The notes: generated from the letters alone by a model not told the origin. DNA of 61,952 nt, filler included, from Sphacelaria rigidula (GCA_964200075.2; 8 parts of 8 records of this genome joined end to end with filler, not necessarily neighbours in it), one strand, 5' to 3'; counted from the whole stretch's first letter, positions 22,362 to 34,281 are shown. Program-made: numbers and translations.

Positions 22362-22807
22362 AGCACGTGATCTCACAAATTTGCGATGGATCTTTTATTG
22401 GGGATGAGAAACCCGGAGAATAGAAATCTTCGTATCCACACCAAATCTTCGTAATATGGTTCCATTCCTTCACCTACTGATAGCTGTTGACAACTGCTAC
22501 ACGCCAAAGAAATTTGGATTTCGATCACCGAAATGTTGGGGTCCTTGGTGAGAATCAGTTTTGGGGAATTCCGGGAGTCCAAACGGACGGCAAAATGGTT
22601 CCGATATATATATTTTCACCTAGGATCCCAGCATTGCGGTGATCGAAATCCAAATTTCTATGGCGTGTAGCAGTCATCAATAGCTATCAGTAGGTGAAGA
22701 GGTGGAACCATATTTCGAAGATTTGTTGTGGATACGAAGATTTTAATTCTCCGGGTTTCTCGTCCCCAATAAAATATCCATCCCCAATTTGTAAGATCCC
22801 GTGTTAT
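22362..22807. mobile_element. Fold-back palindromic element (family 2), copy 2
   Basis: Homologous to 19865-20345 and self-complementary around about 22585. Confidence 0.85.
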
Positions 22808-22950
22808 TTGGTGTTTTCTTGTGCTTTTGTGGTTTTGAGGTTGGGTTGGCATGTAGTGTACCGTGAGTCGTCCCAACTTGAACAGCATATTCCCGAGATT
22901 GAGAGTACTATAGAGCGCTGATTGAGAGTGGCTTTAATCATTCGCTTTTA

Positions 22951-23171
22951 CCCTTTTGGTACTGGCAGTGGAAAAGTGCTGATTTTGAGGTGCTGCTGTT
23001 TTTAACAACATAATATGGTTGATTGTTTGCAGCTTCCAGGCACCACTATTTTGCCGAAGGCGTGTTTTTCAGACCCGCGACCATTTCCAACTGGCGGTGA
23101 ATCGCGTAAATACTGTTGTACGAGCTGGGCCAGCCTAAAAACGGATTTAAGCTCTAAAAGCAATATCTCGT
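22951..23171 (+). mobile_element. piggyBac-like element end, cut off by the scaffold end
   Basis: TTTA|CCCTTTTGGTACTGGC. About 165 bp are shared with 50625-50786, which begins TTAA|CCCTTTT. Confidence 0.6.
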
Positions 23172-23271
23172 NNNNNNNNNNNNNNNNNNNNNNNNNNNNN
23201 NNNNNNNNNNNNNNNTTAATTAATTAANNNNNNNNNNNNNNNNNNNNNNNNNNNNNNNNNNNNNNNNNNNN
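23172..23271. other. Artificial scaffold linker
   Basis: N44-TTAATTAATTAA-N44. Confidence 0.99.
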
Positions 23272-23318
23272 CTTAGTCGTTTGGCCATTGACCACACATC
23301 CCTTTCGAGACGGAGCAG
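23272..23318 (-). mobile_element. C-tailed retroposon subfamily B fragment at scaffold start
   Basis: CTTAGTCGTTTGGCCATTGACCACACATCCCTTTCGAGACGGAGCA. Confidence 0.75.
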
Positions 23319-25126
23319 GGGGGGGGGGATACATGACGATGAGGTCTCGGAGATTATTTTTTGGGCACTGATGGCACGGCCGATGTCTCGATAATTTCTG
23401 CGCACTCAGGCAAACACGACGCCGACGCTGCACTTTACACCTACTTGGGCATCTTAACCCACGACGCACCAAATTTCCGAGCACGCTTTAGCGCAGCATC
23501 ATGTCACGTACCATGATGATAAATATAAACATGCAAGGATTAGCCGGACAGCTACCGGCGTAATGTAAGGTAGCATCAATGTTGTGGCAGCTGTTTAGAA
23601 TTCTTCGAGAGTCTTGGGATTTGTTCACTTGAACAGTGATCGAGACACAAATGGCCATTTGTTTGTACTTTGGCGATGCCACTCCTCCAGGATTCTCACA
23701 GTACACAGTATCACTGCAGTACAGACAGTGTTCCCGTTGTACACGCCTGCAACTGCGTCTGCCTACCACTCTCGCAGCTTAAATAATGACAATCGCTCGC
23801 TTCGATGTTCGGTATCAGCGACACACACGTTCCAAGCGCCGAGCCGTTCCAGGTGTCTCACATGTATGTATCATGATTCATGTGTGATTCAATTTAATTC
23901 AACAGGGTGATTAGAAATTCCTTCCCTCCAACCAAACAAATACTCCCTCGATGGGGAATATTCCGCAATGGCGGTCACGGGGTATCAACGAGCAACTGGA
24001 GGGGCTCAACATAAACATATGACCCGCGACGATGGAGTCGAGACCGAAGTCGCCACCGCATCACAAGTTTCCCAGTTCACTCCCAGTTCACCACATACAC
24101 ACAGTCACTGCGTCTACCGTCTCATCCTCAGCCGTACTCTACATTCGTAGGGTTCGCTATCTACAATCTAATGATGTTGTTCCAGTCTCGGCAACAGTCA
24201 CATCATTCCCAGGCCCGCTCCTGACCCGTACAATCAGTAGTGCAGACAGTATCGTACACGCACTGTATAGTACAGTACAAGAGAAGGTAGAAGACGACAC
24301 GATTCAGTACAGACTAATGCTTTGTGGGAAATCGCACGCCCTCGTGACCTGCTTATTTCTTCAGCGCCCATGCGATCGCCCTTCTGCTGTCGGTAACGTG
24401 CGGCGGCCACAGTCGAGGCAATAGGGGTGTTCAACGTCTCAACGCCCTTGCTTTCATCGTTCCACGAAAAGTCCATTTTCATCAGAAACAATTCCGCTTG
24501 CCAGCTGACAATCTTACGGATTCTTTCCTGCCGGGATGTGCAGATTTTTAGCACACTACTCACCCTTGTCGCCGATGGGTCCATTTATCGGGTGTTTCCC
24601 GCCGATGTCCTCTTCTTGGTTATACTGTAATGATTACTGCGAGGGGTATAATGGACGCACAGGTGGGGCACATTGCGCGGCAAAAGTATGTTCAATCGTC
24701 TCGCCACCCTACTTCATTGTAGATAGCGCACGGTCTACTCCGTACAGGCCAGCAAGAGACATGCGCGGCCCTTCGCATGTTGAGAGGGTTCAGGTACTAA
24801 TACTATTTCGTTGACACTTGGCCTGAGCGTCGATACAAAGCAGATACAGACCCACCGCGACAGTTGGAACGGCGCGAAGAACCCCAGACCCCGAATGTTC
24901 GTAATATTCATACGCAAATTCGAATTTTATCTGCCGCGCTTGCGGGGTCCGTCGCAGAACATCGCCGGAGCAGCTGCACCCCCACCTTCCCATCACTCAC
25001 AGTTCGCAGCCGATATCTCACTACACACAGTCATCGCTCCCTTCTTCAGTCAGTCAAGGATCTCGATACTGCCTCCATACCCGCTCCCGCAACGCAGGGC
25101 ACTTCGACGACATTCCAGGAAGCATC

Positions 25127-25193
25127 ATGAAGGCCAGGGCGATTTTCTTGACAGTGACTCTAGTCTCGGCTGCCATCGATGCCCAAGCGCGAG
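25127..25193 (+). CDS. Exon 1 (signal peptide) of a secreted Cys-rich protein
   Basis: MKARAIFLTVTLVSAAIDAQAR followed by g|gtgaa (phase 1). Basic N-region, hydrophobic core and an AQA cleavage-like site. Confidence 0.65.
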
Positions 25194-25739
25194 GTGAAAT
25201 TTCAGTTTCGCGTTTGACTGTACGCCGCTAATGATGTGCCTTGGTTTTTGTTACAGGAGTACCGTACAGCATGTGTGCGTCCCTGTGGATACTGGATCTG
25301 GGTGATGAACCAAGCTCGTCTACTCGTACTATACAGTGGAGTAAAAAACTTTTTAAGTTGCTACGTCGTAGATTTCTCCGCAAGTTCTTGCCTTGCAACC
25401 AGTCACACAATCTTCTTCCGCCAATGTGTTGCACGAGCGATGTCCATTTTACACGATGTTTCGGTCGTGCGAAGCGGTCGACCCACAATGGAGGTATTTG
25501 CGTACCATTCGGAAGGGGGAGGAGGTCATTGTGGCGCACGCTCAACCGCCCTCTGCTCTACAGAGTGGACTGTTTTTCTACCGGGAGTTGGCGCTACTGG
25601 ACCCTGCACTGTTTCTGCAATGGAATAGGCATTCTTCAGTCCGAGTTCCCGATTGATGATGTCATGCCTCTAATGTTTTCAAATCGAAGACAACAACAAT
25701 AGTGTCTCTCAACCACGCTTCTATCTCAGCTTTTTGCAG

Positions 25740-26010
25740 TCATCGGATAACTACGTCGTCTTGTTGTCCAAACCGATAGCCTTACCGCTGGCTTCATGAG
25801 GCGACATGAGGATTTGTACGTGAACAGTGGTTGGTACTATGGAGATGCCGCCAATCCTAACGCTAACGCTAACCCTAACCCCGGCCGAGGCAAACCGGAA
25901 TCCTTCGGGCAAGGGGGTGCAGAGTGCTCCCTGGGCAACGTGTGCGTTGCCAAAGCTCAAATCGACGCCTTTCAGCCGATTTTGGACCGAAACACGTTCT
26001 GGACGAGCAG
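25740..26010 (+). CDS. Probable exon 2 of the secreted protein, with an in-frame TAA
   Basis: A phase-1 acceptor ttgcag| gives VIG*LRRLVVQTDSLTAGFMRRHEDLYVNSGWYYGDAANPNANANPNPG...C...C. Stop at 25748-25750. The 3' boundary is uncertain. Confidence 0.4.
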
Positions 26011-26687
26011 TGTCCACTGCTCACCTGCCCCAGACCCTGAATTTTCTCAGAACTTTGTTCGGTCTAAAATCGAGTAAAATCGAGTACCAATCATTGTTGA
26101 TGTACAAATCCTTAGCTCTACTGGACTTATGTACTATATTCCGCACACAGTCGCTCTCATCCACAGACGAGCTTGTATTGTAATACTTTTGCATCATCAC
26201 AAGTTGGTCTTTATGCCTCCTGCGCATCATTTTTCGCAGGAGCCAAACACGGCAGGAGGACAGGACTTCGCGGTGCGCAGTTTAGCCGTAGAGTTACGGA
26301 GACGGAGGTGAGCAGAGTCAAGGGCGAGAAGTCCGGAGTTTTCGCTCCTCACCTTCCCCCATGACCAGTGCGCAGGGCTACCGACCCATGGCCCATGGCC
26401 ATCTCGCCTATTTATCAATTTCATGTAATTCCTGCAACGAAAGCGAGATCTCGGGTCGGTTCTGTATTCGCCCGATAATGCCACGATGCCTAATTCCTAA
26501 TCGACAAAGACCCACCCCTCCAGCGACTAGTTGAGGTGTCTCAAACTCTAGATGCCCGGTATATGTCACAGTAGTTTTAAAGTAAAAAAATCGAGAACCT
26601 CGAGTTTGAAATACCATCCTCTGTCGTTCACTTCAGTTTTCCCACGCATGGTAACGGCGTGAGACGGAGGAAATGGAAGAGGGGTGG

Positions 26688-26921
26688 CACTTTCGATAGC
26701 AGCCTTTCCATCCGAAGTGGCTGGTTTGGGGATGCAAAATAATCGAAAAGAAAAATGTCGAGCACAATGACCAGCGGCGAATCCCCACGCGTAAAATTGT
26801 TTTTGCCAAGGCCGCCTATGTGAGGTGCGGTATGCAGACGGAAACCAACCAGCAGGCGCTGTGTGGCCATATTCATGACAGTTTAGGGCTGGTGTCGGGT
26901 GAAGGCTATCGTAGAAAGTGT
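26688..26921. mobile_element. Diverged copy of the 4655-4903 MITE
   Basis: Right TIR GGCTATCGTAGAAAGTGT with a colinear interior. Confidence 0.7.
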
Positions 26922-27106
26922 CGGGGGTCGTTCTAGCGCCGTGCCGCCGAAATGACATCGTGCGTGCTGAAATTGTAGCCATTCATGCCCCTCCCCCTCC
27001 CCACCCCCCAAAGGTGTCACGTTTTCTTCAATCTTTGCTTGTTTCCGACACCTCCTCTTCTTTGTGCGTTGCTGCGACCCCTGCAATACCGTTTCGGACC
27101 CCACAG

Positions 27107-27329
27107 CAAACACCTACACGATACTGCGATTTCATCGGCTGCCCGAACAATTACGTGCCGATCGCCGACGCGGGAAACGTGGAGTGCTTAGGCGGCGAAT
27201 GCAAGGTGGAGCAATGCTGTTCGCTGTTTTGCTCGAGCTTCTCGTGCGCCGGCGCCCTTCCTGTTGCTTTCGCCGACACGATCTTGTGCGAAAACGGCGT
27301 CTGCACCCAGGAACAATGCTGCGACGCTG
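27107..27329 (+). CDS. Exon with two 6-Cys repeats (C-x4-C...C-x4-C-x4-CC)
   Basis: After ccacag| it reads QTPTRYCDFIGCPNNY...ECLGGECKVEQCC SLFCSSFSC...LCENGVCTQEQCCDA, ending g|gtgag. Confidence 0.85.
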
Positions 27330-27490
27330 GTGAGAGAAAAAATATGGAGCAATCGTCATCGCAAGATTTTTCATGGTTTGCATGTTCGTGTAAAGTGTGG
27401 CTGGCGTGACGCGGAAAAATGTGGAGCAATTGTCATCGCAAGATTTTTCATGGTTTGCATGTTCGTGTATAGTGTGGCTGGCGTGACGCA
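27330..27490. repeat. Intronic tandem duplication of about 81 bp next to the donor site
   Basis: GAAAAATRTGGAGCAATYGTCATCGCAAGATTTTTCATGGTTTGCATGTTCGTGT...GCTGGCGTGACGC occurs twice. Confidence 0.9.
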
Positions 27491-27687
27491 ACAAACACCC
27501 CGTATTTGCACTCATGGAAAACAAGATGTGACGGTTCATATCGCTGACTACAAACCCGTCAGGGATCATGTGCAAGTGAAAATGACACCTATCTTTACAG
27601 GGCATGCGTAGCTGACCCCCTGTCCCCCCGTCGCCCCCGCCCTTTCATCGCTCGCCCCTTCCCTTGCAAAAGGGATTCCCCCGACAG

Positions 27688-28167
27688 AGGAACCCAAAAC
27701 GCACGACGGCACCTGCTTGTCCTACAAATGTCCCGCGGGCTATACCACCATTGACAACGCCGCGTCGAATAAGTGCAAGCACAACCCTGACGAGGAAACA
27801 ATGCCCGACGAAGGCTCCGGCGTCTTCTCTTCCAGCTTGGGCGATGAAGCCCCTTCATATGACTTCTCGTTCGACGATGACTTCGATGGAGCCCCTTCGT
27901 ACAGCTTCGGCGACGAAGCGCCTTCTTATGACTTCTCGTTCGATGATGACTTCGATGGAGCCCCCTCGTACGGCTTCTGGTACGACGGCTCGGACGGCGT
28001 TGAGGTGGACGCTACCTCTACCGGCGCCGGCGATGGGCGCCGCAAGCTTGTATCCGCTGTCGCTGAGGGCGCTGTAAAGAACAACTTGGCAAGCTGGTTG
28101 AGCACCGGCTGGTCGAGCTCGGAAGAAGACTTGTGCGACACCCCGACTTGCTGTCGCAAGCTTGAAA
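27688..28167 (+). CDS. Exon with a 6-Cys repeat split by an acidic/aromatic insert
   Basis: Phase-1 acceptor gacag| matches the previous exon. Reads CLSYKCPAGY...NKC, then DEAPSYDFSFDDDFDGAPSY twice and GRRKLV, then CDTPTCC, ending a|gtgag. Confidence 0.85.
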
Positions 28168-28361
28168 GTGAGACATGCTGGGTTAATTTTCGCTTACTTG
28201 CGTTTTTTTGTCCCAGTAGAAAGCATGTTGGCCACCTCTACATGACCGGTGCTGCATGATCGGCGCTGCACGTGTTGTATTTTTTTCATGCGAGAATCGT
28301 GTTCGGTTACATGGCTTACGACTTGCGCACCCCCCTCCCCCCTACCTCTCCCCCCTCCAGA

Positions 28362-28473
28362 CGCGCTCCGTCTTGAAAGGGATTCTTTTTTTTTCCTTGA
28401 TGGAAGGAGGATGTACGGTCAAAGTTCGAACGACTCTAGCAAGCAACAAATGAGTACGCCCCCCCCCCCCCCC
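28362..28473 (+). mobile_element. C-tailed retroposon subfamily B, diverged
   Basis: CTCCGTCTTGAAAGGGAT...GCAAGCAACAAATGAGTACG followed by a C-run. Confidence 0.7.
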
Positions 28474-28588
28474 TTCCACCCCCCTACCTTCCGACACGCT
28501 CGCTGGTTGCTTGTAGACATCATCATACACCATTATTTTCTGTCCACATCGGCAGGGTTGACATTCAACCCCCTAATCATACGGCTAG

Positions 28589-28647
28589 AAGCCGTCGTCG
28601 ACGAGCGAGACTGCCAATTTGAGGCCCACTCCGGGATGGTGATGTAA
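28589..28647 (+). CDS. Possible last exon of the secreted Cys-rich protein
   Basis: CTAAT branch-like site and a ctag| acceptor. Phase 1 gives KAVVDERDCQFEAHSGMVM-stop. Confidence 0.4.
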
Positions 28648-29063
28648 GGTACCAAGGTGGAGACTGGTTGATACCTGGAGACTACGGACTTTCCTGGGGA
28701 AGGACGGGGAGTTGAGGGAATGACTACACACCCATTGAAACCTCATCTACTTGAATTTTGTATTTACTGACGTGGAGCTTATAGTTCGCCCTGCATTCAC
28801 TCACGCTCCTCCCCTCTTCCCACCGCACGTATCATGTCTGCTGCAGATGGTCTGTGGGGTCCGGAGTGAAGGAGGGTGCACTAGTCGCCAGTGTGTGGAG
28901 GAGGCGCTGGGTGCAGTTGCTCGGCGTGGTTTTCCGTCGACTCTGGGGAGCAGCGTAGGCAAGACATGCGTAAGGCAGTGGGGTACTTGTTCCACTAATA
29001 AGTCAGGGATTGATCATGGGTCAACTGGGGTACAACGAAAAGCGAGGCTTTTATCACCTGATC

Positions 29064-29223
29064 GGCTGAAGGTTTGCGTGACGGCACCTGAAGTGCCTCT
29101 ATTTGGCTGAAGGTTGGCGTGACGGCACCTGAAGTGCCTCTGACTGGCTGAAGGTTAGCATGAAGGCACGTGAAGTGCCTCTGACTGGCTGAAGGTTGGC
29201 ATGACGGCACCTGAAGTGCCTCT
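29064..29223. repeat. Minisatellite, 4 x 41 bp
   Basis: GGCTGAAGGTTNGCRTGACGGCACCTGAAGTGCCTCT units at 29064, 29105, 29146 and 29187. Confidence 0.93.
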
Positions 29224-30859
29224 ACAGTATACATATTTGTGGACGAGTAGTCCGACGTGGGTATGGTGATCCTGCATTACACGAGACATCGAGCAGGGTA
29301 GAGATGAGCGCGCACACATCTCATGAAATTTTGTACTGCTCGAAGTGGGCGGTTCAGTGGGCAGTACACTCCTGGGAGCGACAGGATCGGACAGGTTTAA
29401 TTCGAATTAAGCTCGCATATGTGCCACATGGATTCGTGTACTGCTCTCGAGTATGTTTTTACTATTTGCTCGTACGAACTGGAGGAGATGCTGGATAGAT
29501 CAGACACGGGTGCGCGTCTACACGCCAATTTTATCGTGCTCAAAGAGCGGGTGGTCGCTTCTGAGGGTGTCCGGGGTGGTAATGTAGATGGAAACGAAAG
29601 ACAGGATACCGATTTTGCGAGCGAAATAAGGAGCAGTAGTGAGGCTATAGATGCTTTTCCATCAATAATTTTGTTTTGTGTTTGTGCGGGAGACGGGGTG
29701 ATTTTTGGGATCCGTCGCCCTGTTTCCATATTGGCCTGCCTTGGCATGCCGCACGTGCTCTCGATTCCAAGTCATGTGCAATGTCAGTCTCCCGTATTTG
29801 GTGACGTGGTGGTCGTGTAGCTCGATATTTGTGTGTCCCGTGACGAGAGTGAGCGCACGTTCGCGTCTGGGAGTGACAGAAAGAGAGGTCGAGTAGACTA
29901 GGAACGCAGGCACGCATGTACCGCGACCATCTGTAGTGTCGCCTTGAGGTGACTGCATGATGAATTTTCGTGAGCGGACTGGAGAAGGTTGAGATGTATT
30001 CGTCTAGAATGTCTCCCGTTTTGTGACCGAGAAACATCATGGATCTTTTGTAATCCGTAGCCTTGCTCCCACACTGCCCTTGCCTTGGCATGGTGTACGT
30101 GCTCTTTCAATTTAATCCTGAGAAATATCATGTGCATTCCGCGCGGTGAGCTAAACCTGTGTGTGTGTGTTCGTCGGTATATCACATATCTCAGGGTTGA
30201 AGTGTTGTGTGATCTATTTCGAGTGCTCGAATGTCGAATGACATATTCTACGTGTAGTGTGTTGTGCTGTGCAGCTACCGTCGATCGCGCTTCCATCACG
30301 TGCTATCTTGTCTTGAGGGGCGACTAGGCAACGATCGCTCCCCGAATGACCCGTGAGGTATACTCATGACCAAAGGGTAGCGCAATGGTGTTGGCTGCTG
30401 CTGATAGCGACGTGTGTTTGTTCATGTATGTGCGTGTCGGTAGTGCTGCTGATGTGGCGGTTTGCGATGTTGAGTAGAGGATGGCTGCGGGTTCTTGGTG
30501 ATGGCTTGCGTGAGAACAACCAAATTCAACAGGAGAATGTGCATGGAGCTAAAATAAGTTGGATGATGCGACGAAGCTGGTCGTTTCTATCTGGCCGAGC
30601 GAAACACGGGGATCCCAGAGAGTGTTGAAAGCATGGCTGTGGCTTGTGCAAGACACACTTCGACTGTCAAATTCAAAAGGAGAACACGGTTCACCACGTG
30701 AACCCAGCTCTGACAAGAGAGCTCGCAGAGGCTGCACAGTGTTGATGGATATCAAACACTTGCTTGTGCGATTGAAGAAGATAAGATGTTTCAAGGCTCG
30801 CACTTCAGCCGGCCGAATGAACACAGTAAAACACTTGGTTCGTTATTCACGCAGAAACC

Positions 30860-30928
30860 ATGTTGTGTTGTGTGTTGTCGTCCCATTTATTCTGGGCACC
30901 AGTCTACACCTTTCGGTGTATGTGGGTG
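30860..30928 (-). mobile_element. tRNA-SINE family 2, 3' end at scaffold end
   Basis: GTGTTGTCGTCCCATTTATTCTGG...ACACCTTTCGGTGTATGTGGG matches 59120-59180. Confidence 0.75.
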
Positions 30929-31028
30929 NNNNNNNNNNNNNNNNNNNNNNNNNNNNNNNNNNNNNNNNNNNNTTAATTAATTAANNNNNNNNNNNNNNNN
31001 NNNNNNNNNNNNNNNNNNNNNNNNNNNN
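30929..31028. other. Artificial scaffold linker
   Basis: N44-TTAATTAATTAA-N44. Confidence 0.99.
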
Positions 31029-31347
31029 ACGAACGCTCCCCCCCCCCGAAAGGGGTGCGCGGTCAATGGCCAAAAAACAAAGGCAAGAAACAAATGGGTG
31101 CGCCCCCCCCCCCCCCCGTAACGGTGGCCAGATAGGTATCAGGAGGCATATATATCGGGTCGCCTCTTCTGTCACCATATATTTTTACCAGTTTATATAT
31201 ATATATATATGTCAAACGCATTCGACAACTCTCCGTAGTTATGCACGCGAACTTCTGCGGCTCCCTTTGAAGCTTTCCCAATCTGCACGGGCTCCGGCAT
31301 CTATCGCGTTTGGATCTTTCTTAAAGCGTACACCATACTTATAATAT

Positions 31348-31652
31348 CCAATATTTGTTGACCGGCCAATACATTGACACCCACGCAGACCCAATATATA
31401 TTGACTGGTCAATATGTTCTCATCAATGCGAGCCTAATATATATTGGTCGTGCAATATGCTGTCGCCCACGCTGCCCCAATACATATTGATGGGACAATA
31501 TGTACGCAGTCCCACGACATCAATATATATTGGGCGCGCAATACGTGAGCAGTCCAAGGGTACCAATATATATTACGCCGGCAATATATCGCAAAACTCC
31601 AATATGATCGACTAATATATATTGAGAATATATTGTATTGTCCAGGGTGTGG
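31348..31652. repeat. Phased 43-bp array: palindromic CAATATATATTG-N6-CAATA motif with variable spacers, ending in a MITE TIR
   Basis: Units start at 31348, 31391, 31434, 31477, 31520, 31563 and 31612. The array ends TATTGTCCAGGGTGTG, identical to the right TIR of the 46732-46892 MITE. Confidence 0.85.
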
Positions 31653-34136
31653 ATTATTTACAATTGATGTTTTCTTGGGTAATATATGGTTGTTTTTCTG
31701 CAACTATTGATAATGCAGCCCACCAAAACGATGCATCACTCTAAGTTCAGGTATACTGATGTGACAGATTAGTGTCCTGAACTCGAAGTGACGTTTTCTC
31801 GGTGACGAAAGCTCGCATATGGGAGTTTGTATTGTTTTTCCCGAGTTCCCGAATGAATCAATGAACAAAGACGCGCTACCGTACACGAGCTGCGAACGAC
31901 TCCAATTCTACACAAATGTGCAAGGGATGCACGACGATAGCGTGTGACATATGTAACTGCTCCGGTTCAGGAATGGGTTCCATGACGGGTTCAAGTGCGA
32001 CGGCAACACCCAAACTACCAGCGTACACTCCATGGTGTTGAAGCTTCTGCCCCCTCCTCCACCGTGGCTGAGGACGACTGCAAGGCTCATGGGAGGGGAG
32101 GCCCTACGGCTTGAAGTACGGGCACCCGACTGAGTTGACCCGAACGAGAGGACCGTAAGAGTCAAGGGATGGACAACCGGCCGGTTGGGCTGTGGAGAAG
32201 AGACCGTGAGAGTTGCCCAACGGGCAGTCTCCCCTCGACCACCTTGGCTATCTCTCGTACTGCTACGACGCACACGCCCCCCCTATCCGCTGCTGCTGTC
32301 GAGTGTTCGCGGGTGCTAGGCCGCAGCGATTGCCTCCTCGTCCCGTCGTGCCGCCTCTCGCGAAGCGGCTTCTTGTACTCTAGCGGCAACGATCGCCAGC
32401 TTGTCCACGCGTGCCGCTGCTGTTGCCGCGTCAATTGCCGCTTGCTTGACCTCGACTTATTTCTTTCCATTACATTGTACTTCGTTAAATTGGGAGGTTG
32501 CGAGAGGAGCCCTCTGTTTGTTGTACCCTGAGCATGTCATACGATCACCGGACTCTCTCATTTCCCTTGACGTACTCTCCGTAAAGGACAGTGTTGATCC
32601 TTAGACCGGTGGTTGTTTGGCCAGCAGTGAGAGGTTCTCGCTCCGAACGGTTGCTTTTCGTTGACGAGCAACAGAATATCCCCCGAAAGCCGTCGATCGA
32701 ATGATCGCGACTTGCGTTTTTGCCTCCTGCCGCTCAACATGGTGACACCCTTGATCATGTTCACCGGGAATATGCTGTATGCTTTCGTCCTAACCGTGGG
32801 TGTTTCTGTCAGGTTGGGTAGATTTGGGTGGTACATGGGAACATTTTTCGTGGATTTCGTAATGTGTTGCACACCCGTTTCGATGTAAAAGCCTCGAAGC
32901 TAGTAAATGAATCAGTTCAGAAGAATTATGAGTTTGCGGCAAATGGAGCTACAAAGTTTGCAGTCAATCTGCCAGCTGGTGAAAGTGAAGAATCACGGTG
33001 GGTTCTTGAAACAGGGCGAAAAGCGACCGACATCTTTCCGTTCACACGAGCTGGCAGAGCTTTAGTTGACCCCAAATATTGCAGCTACATTCATAAGACC
33101 CTGACAGACTTGTCTCTAAAAACGGCTTCAACAGCCAGCTTCGCCACTTCAGCGTCGATATGGGTGCGGAGCATATTAGGCATAGCAGGAAGGCAACCGA
33201 AAAATGCCGTGGTAGTAAAATACATGGGAGAACCATGATATTGACTGTTATGAAGTTGCTGTTTCAAAGTAGTCACACGACCCCTGGTCACATGCGACGC
33301 TCGCTATGGTTCCCGTGCGGAGTGTGCTATGTCTCCCCGTTACGCATTTATCGTCTCATGTAGTATTTCAGTGATCATCGTGTTCGTCGGCCCTCCGGCC
33401 AGTGACTGAAACTTCGATTCTGTTTATGATTGTCGTTGCTCACTGTACCACCGGTTGTTCCCTCTTCCTGCATGAACCTAACTTCAAGATTGACCCGGAT
33501 GCGGATGGACCGGTACTCCCGACGGCGGGGTCGGATGAGTTCAGGTGGGTACTCGGATAATCTCAGGTACTAGGTCGAATGAGATTGGGGGGGTACTCGA
33601 ATAACGTCAACCTGTGGTTTGCTTGTCTTCGTCAACATGCTGGTATCGTTTTCTGCTCCAACAGAGTCAACAGCAGACGGTGTGACATTAAGCAGTGGAT
33701 ACCGTTGCCACCCACGAGACTGCACGCTGGCAAATATATTCGTGCGATCTTCATCGTGTACCAATAGTAGGCGGGTGTTGTACGCCGTTTCGTGTGTGTC
33801 GTCAACGCGCTGAATTGAAGGGTATGTCGGTGGTCGAACGGTATTTGTTCCCTACTTTCAGCTTCGTCTCTGCAGTCAAACTCCGATATGCTCATTTAGT
33901 CAGGTATACCGCGGTGATGTTGTATTGCGTGACGCAACATTTGGGATGGTAATATATAGTACATGTCAGCCTGGATGCTTTGGAAGTGGGAACGCCATAC
34001 TTATCCCCCCTAACCGATTAGTGTCCCTGCCTGAGTGACTGTTCGCATTTTCAATCTTGTTTTGTTCTTGCTGATGCTGATGCTGATGCTGGTGGATTTC
34101 GGATCGTGCACGGTAACCATTCTTTTGCTTTGCCAG

Positions 34137-34281
34137 GCCGTTCAGCCGACGTCTGCCAGAATTCCAGTTCTGGCTATCTTCGCAAAAGGGGGTTGTCATG
34201 GCGTTCGGCATGACTTTATTTACGCTCTTCGACGTACCCGTGTTTTGGCCGATACTTCTCATGTACTTCATCATCCTTATG
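34137..34281 (+). CDS. RER1: RER1 Golgi-to-ER retrieval receptor, penultimate exon
   Basis: After ccag| it reads (R)[48 protein letters not shown], ending |gtgagt. Contains the Rer1 motifs RRLPEFxFW and DxPVFWPIL. This frame is absent from the ORF track. Confidence 0.95.

Noticed and set aside
25856..25882. Telomere-like CCCTAA repeats
   Set aside because: Only about four degenerate units, internal, and in frame as NPNANANPNP in a probable exon.
31348..31652. CRISPR array call
   Set aside because: Eukaryotic context, no cas genes or leader, the repeat is short and degenerate, spacers are partly related, and the array abuts a MITE TIR.
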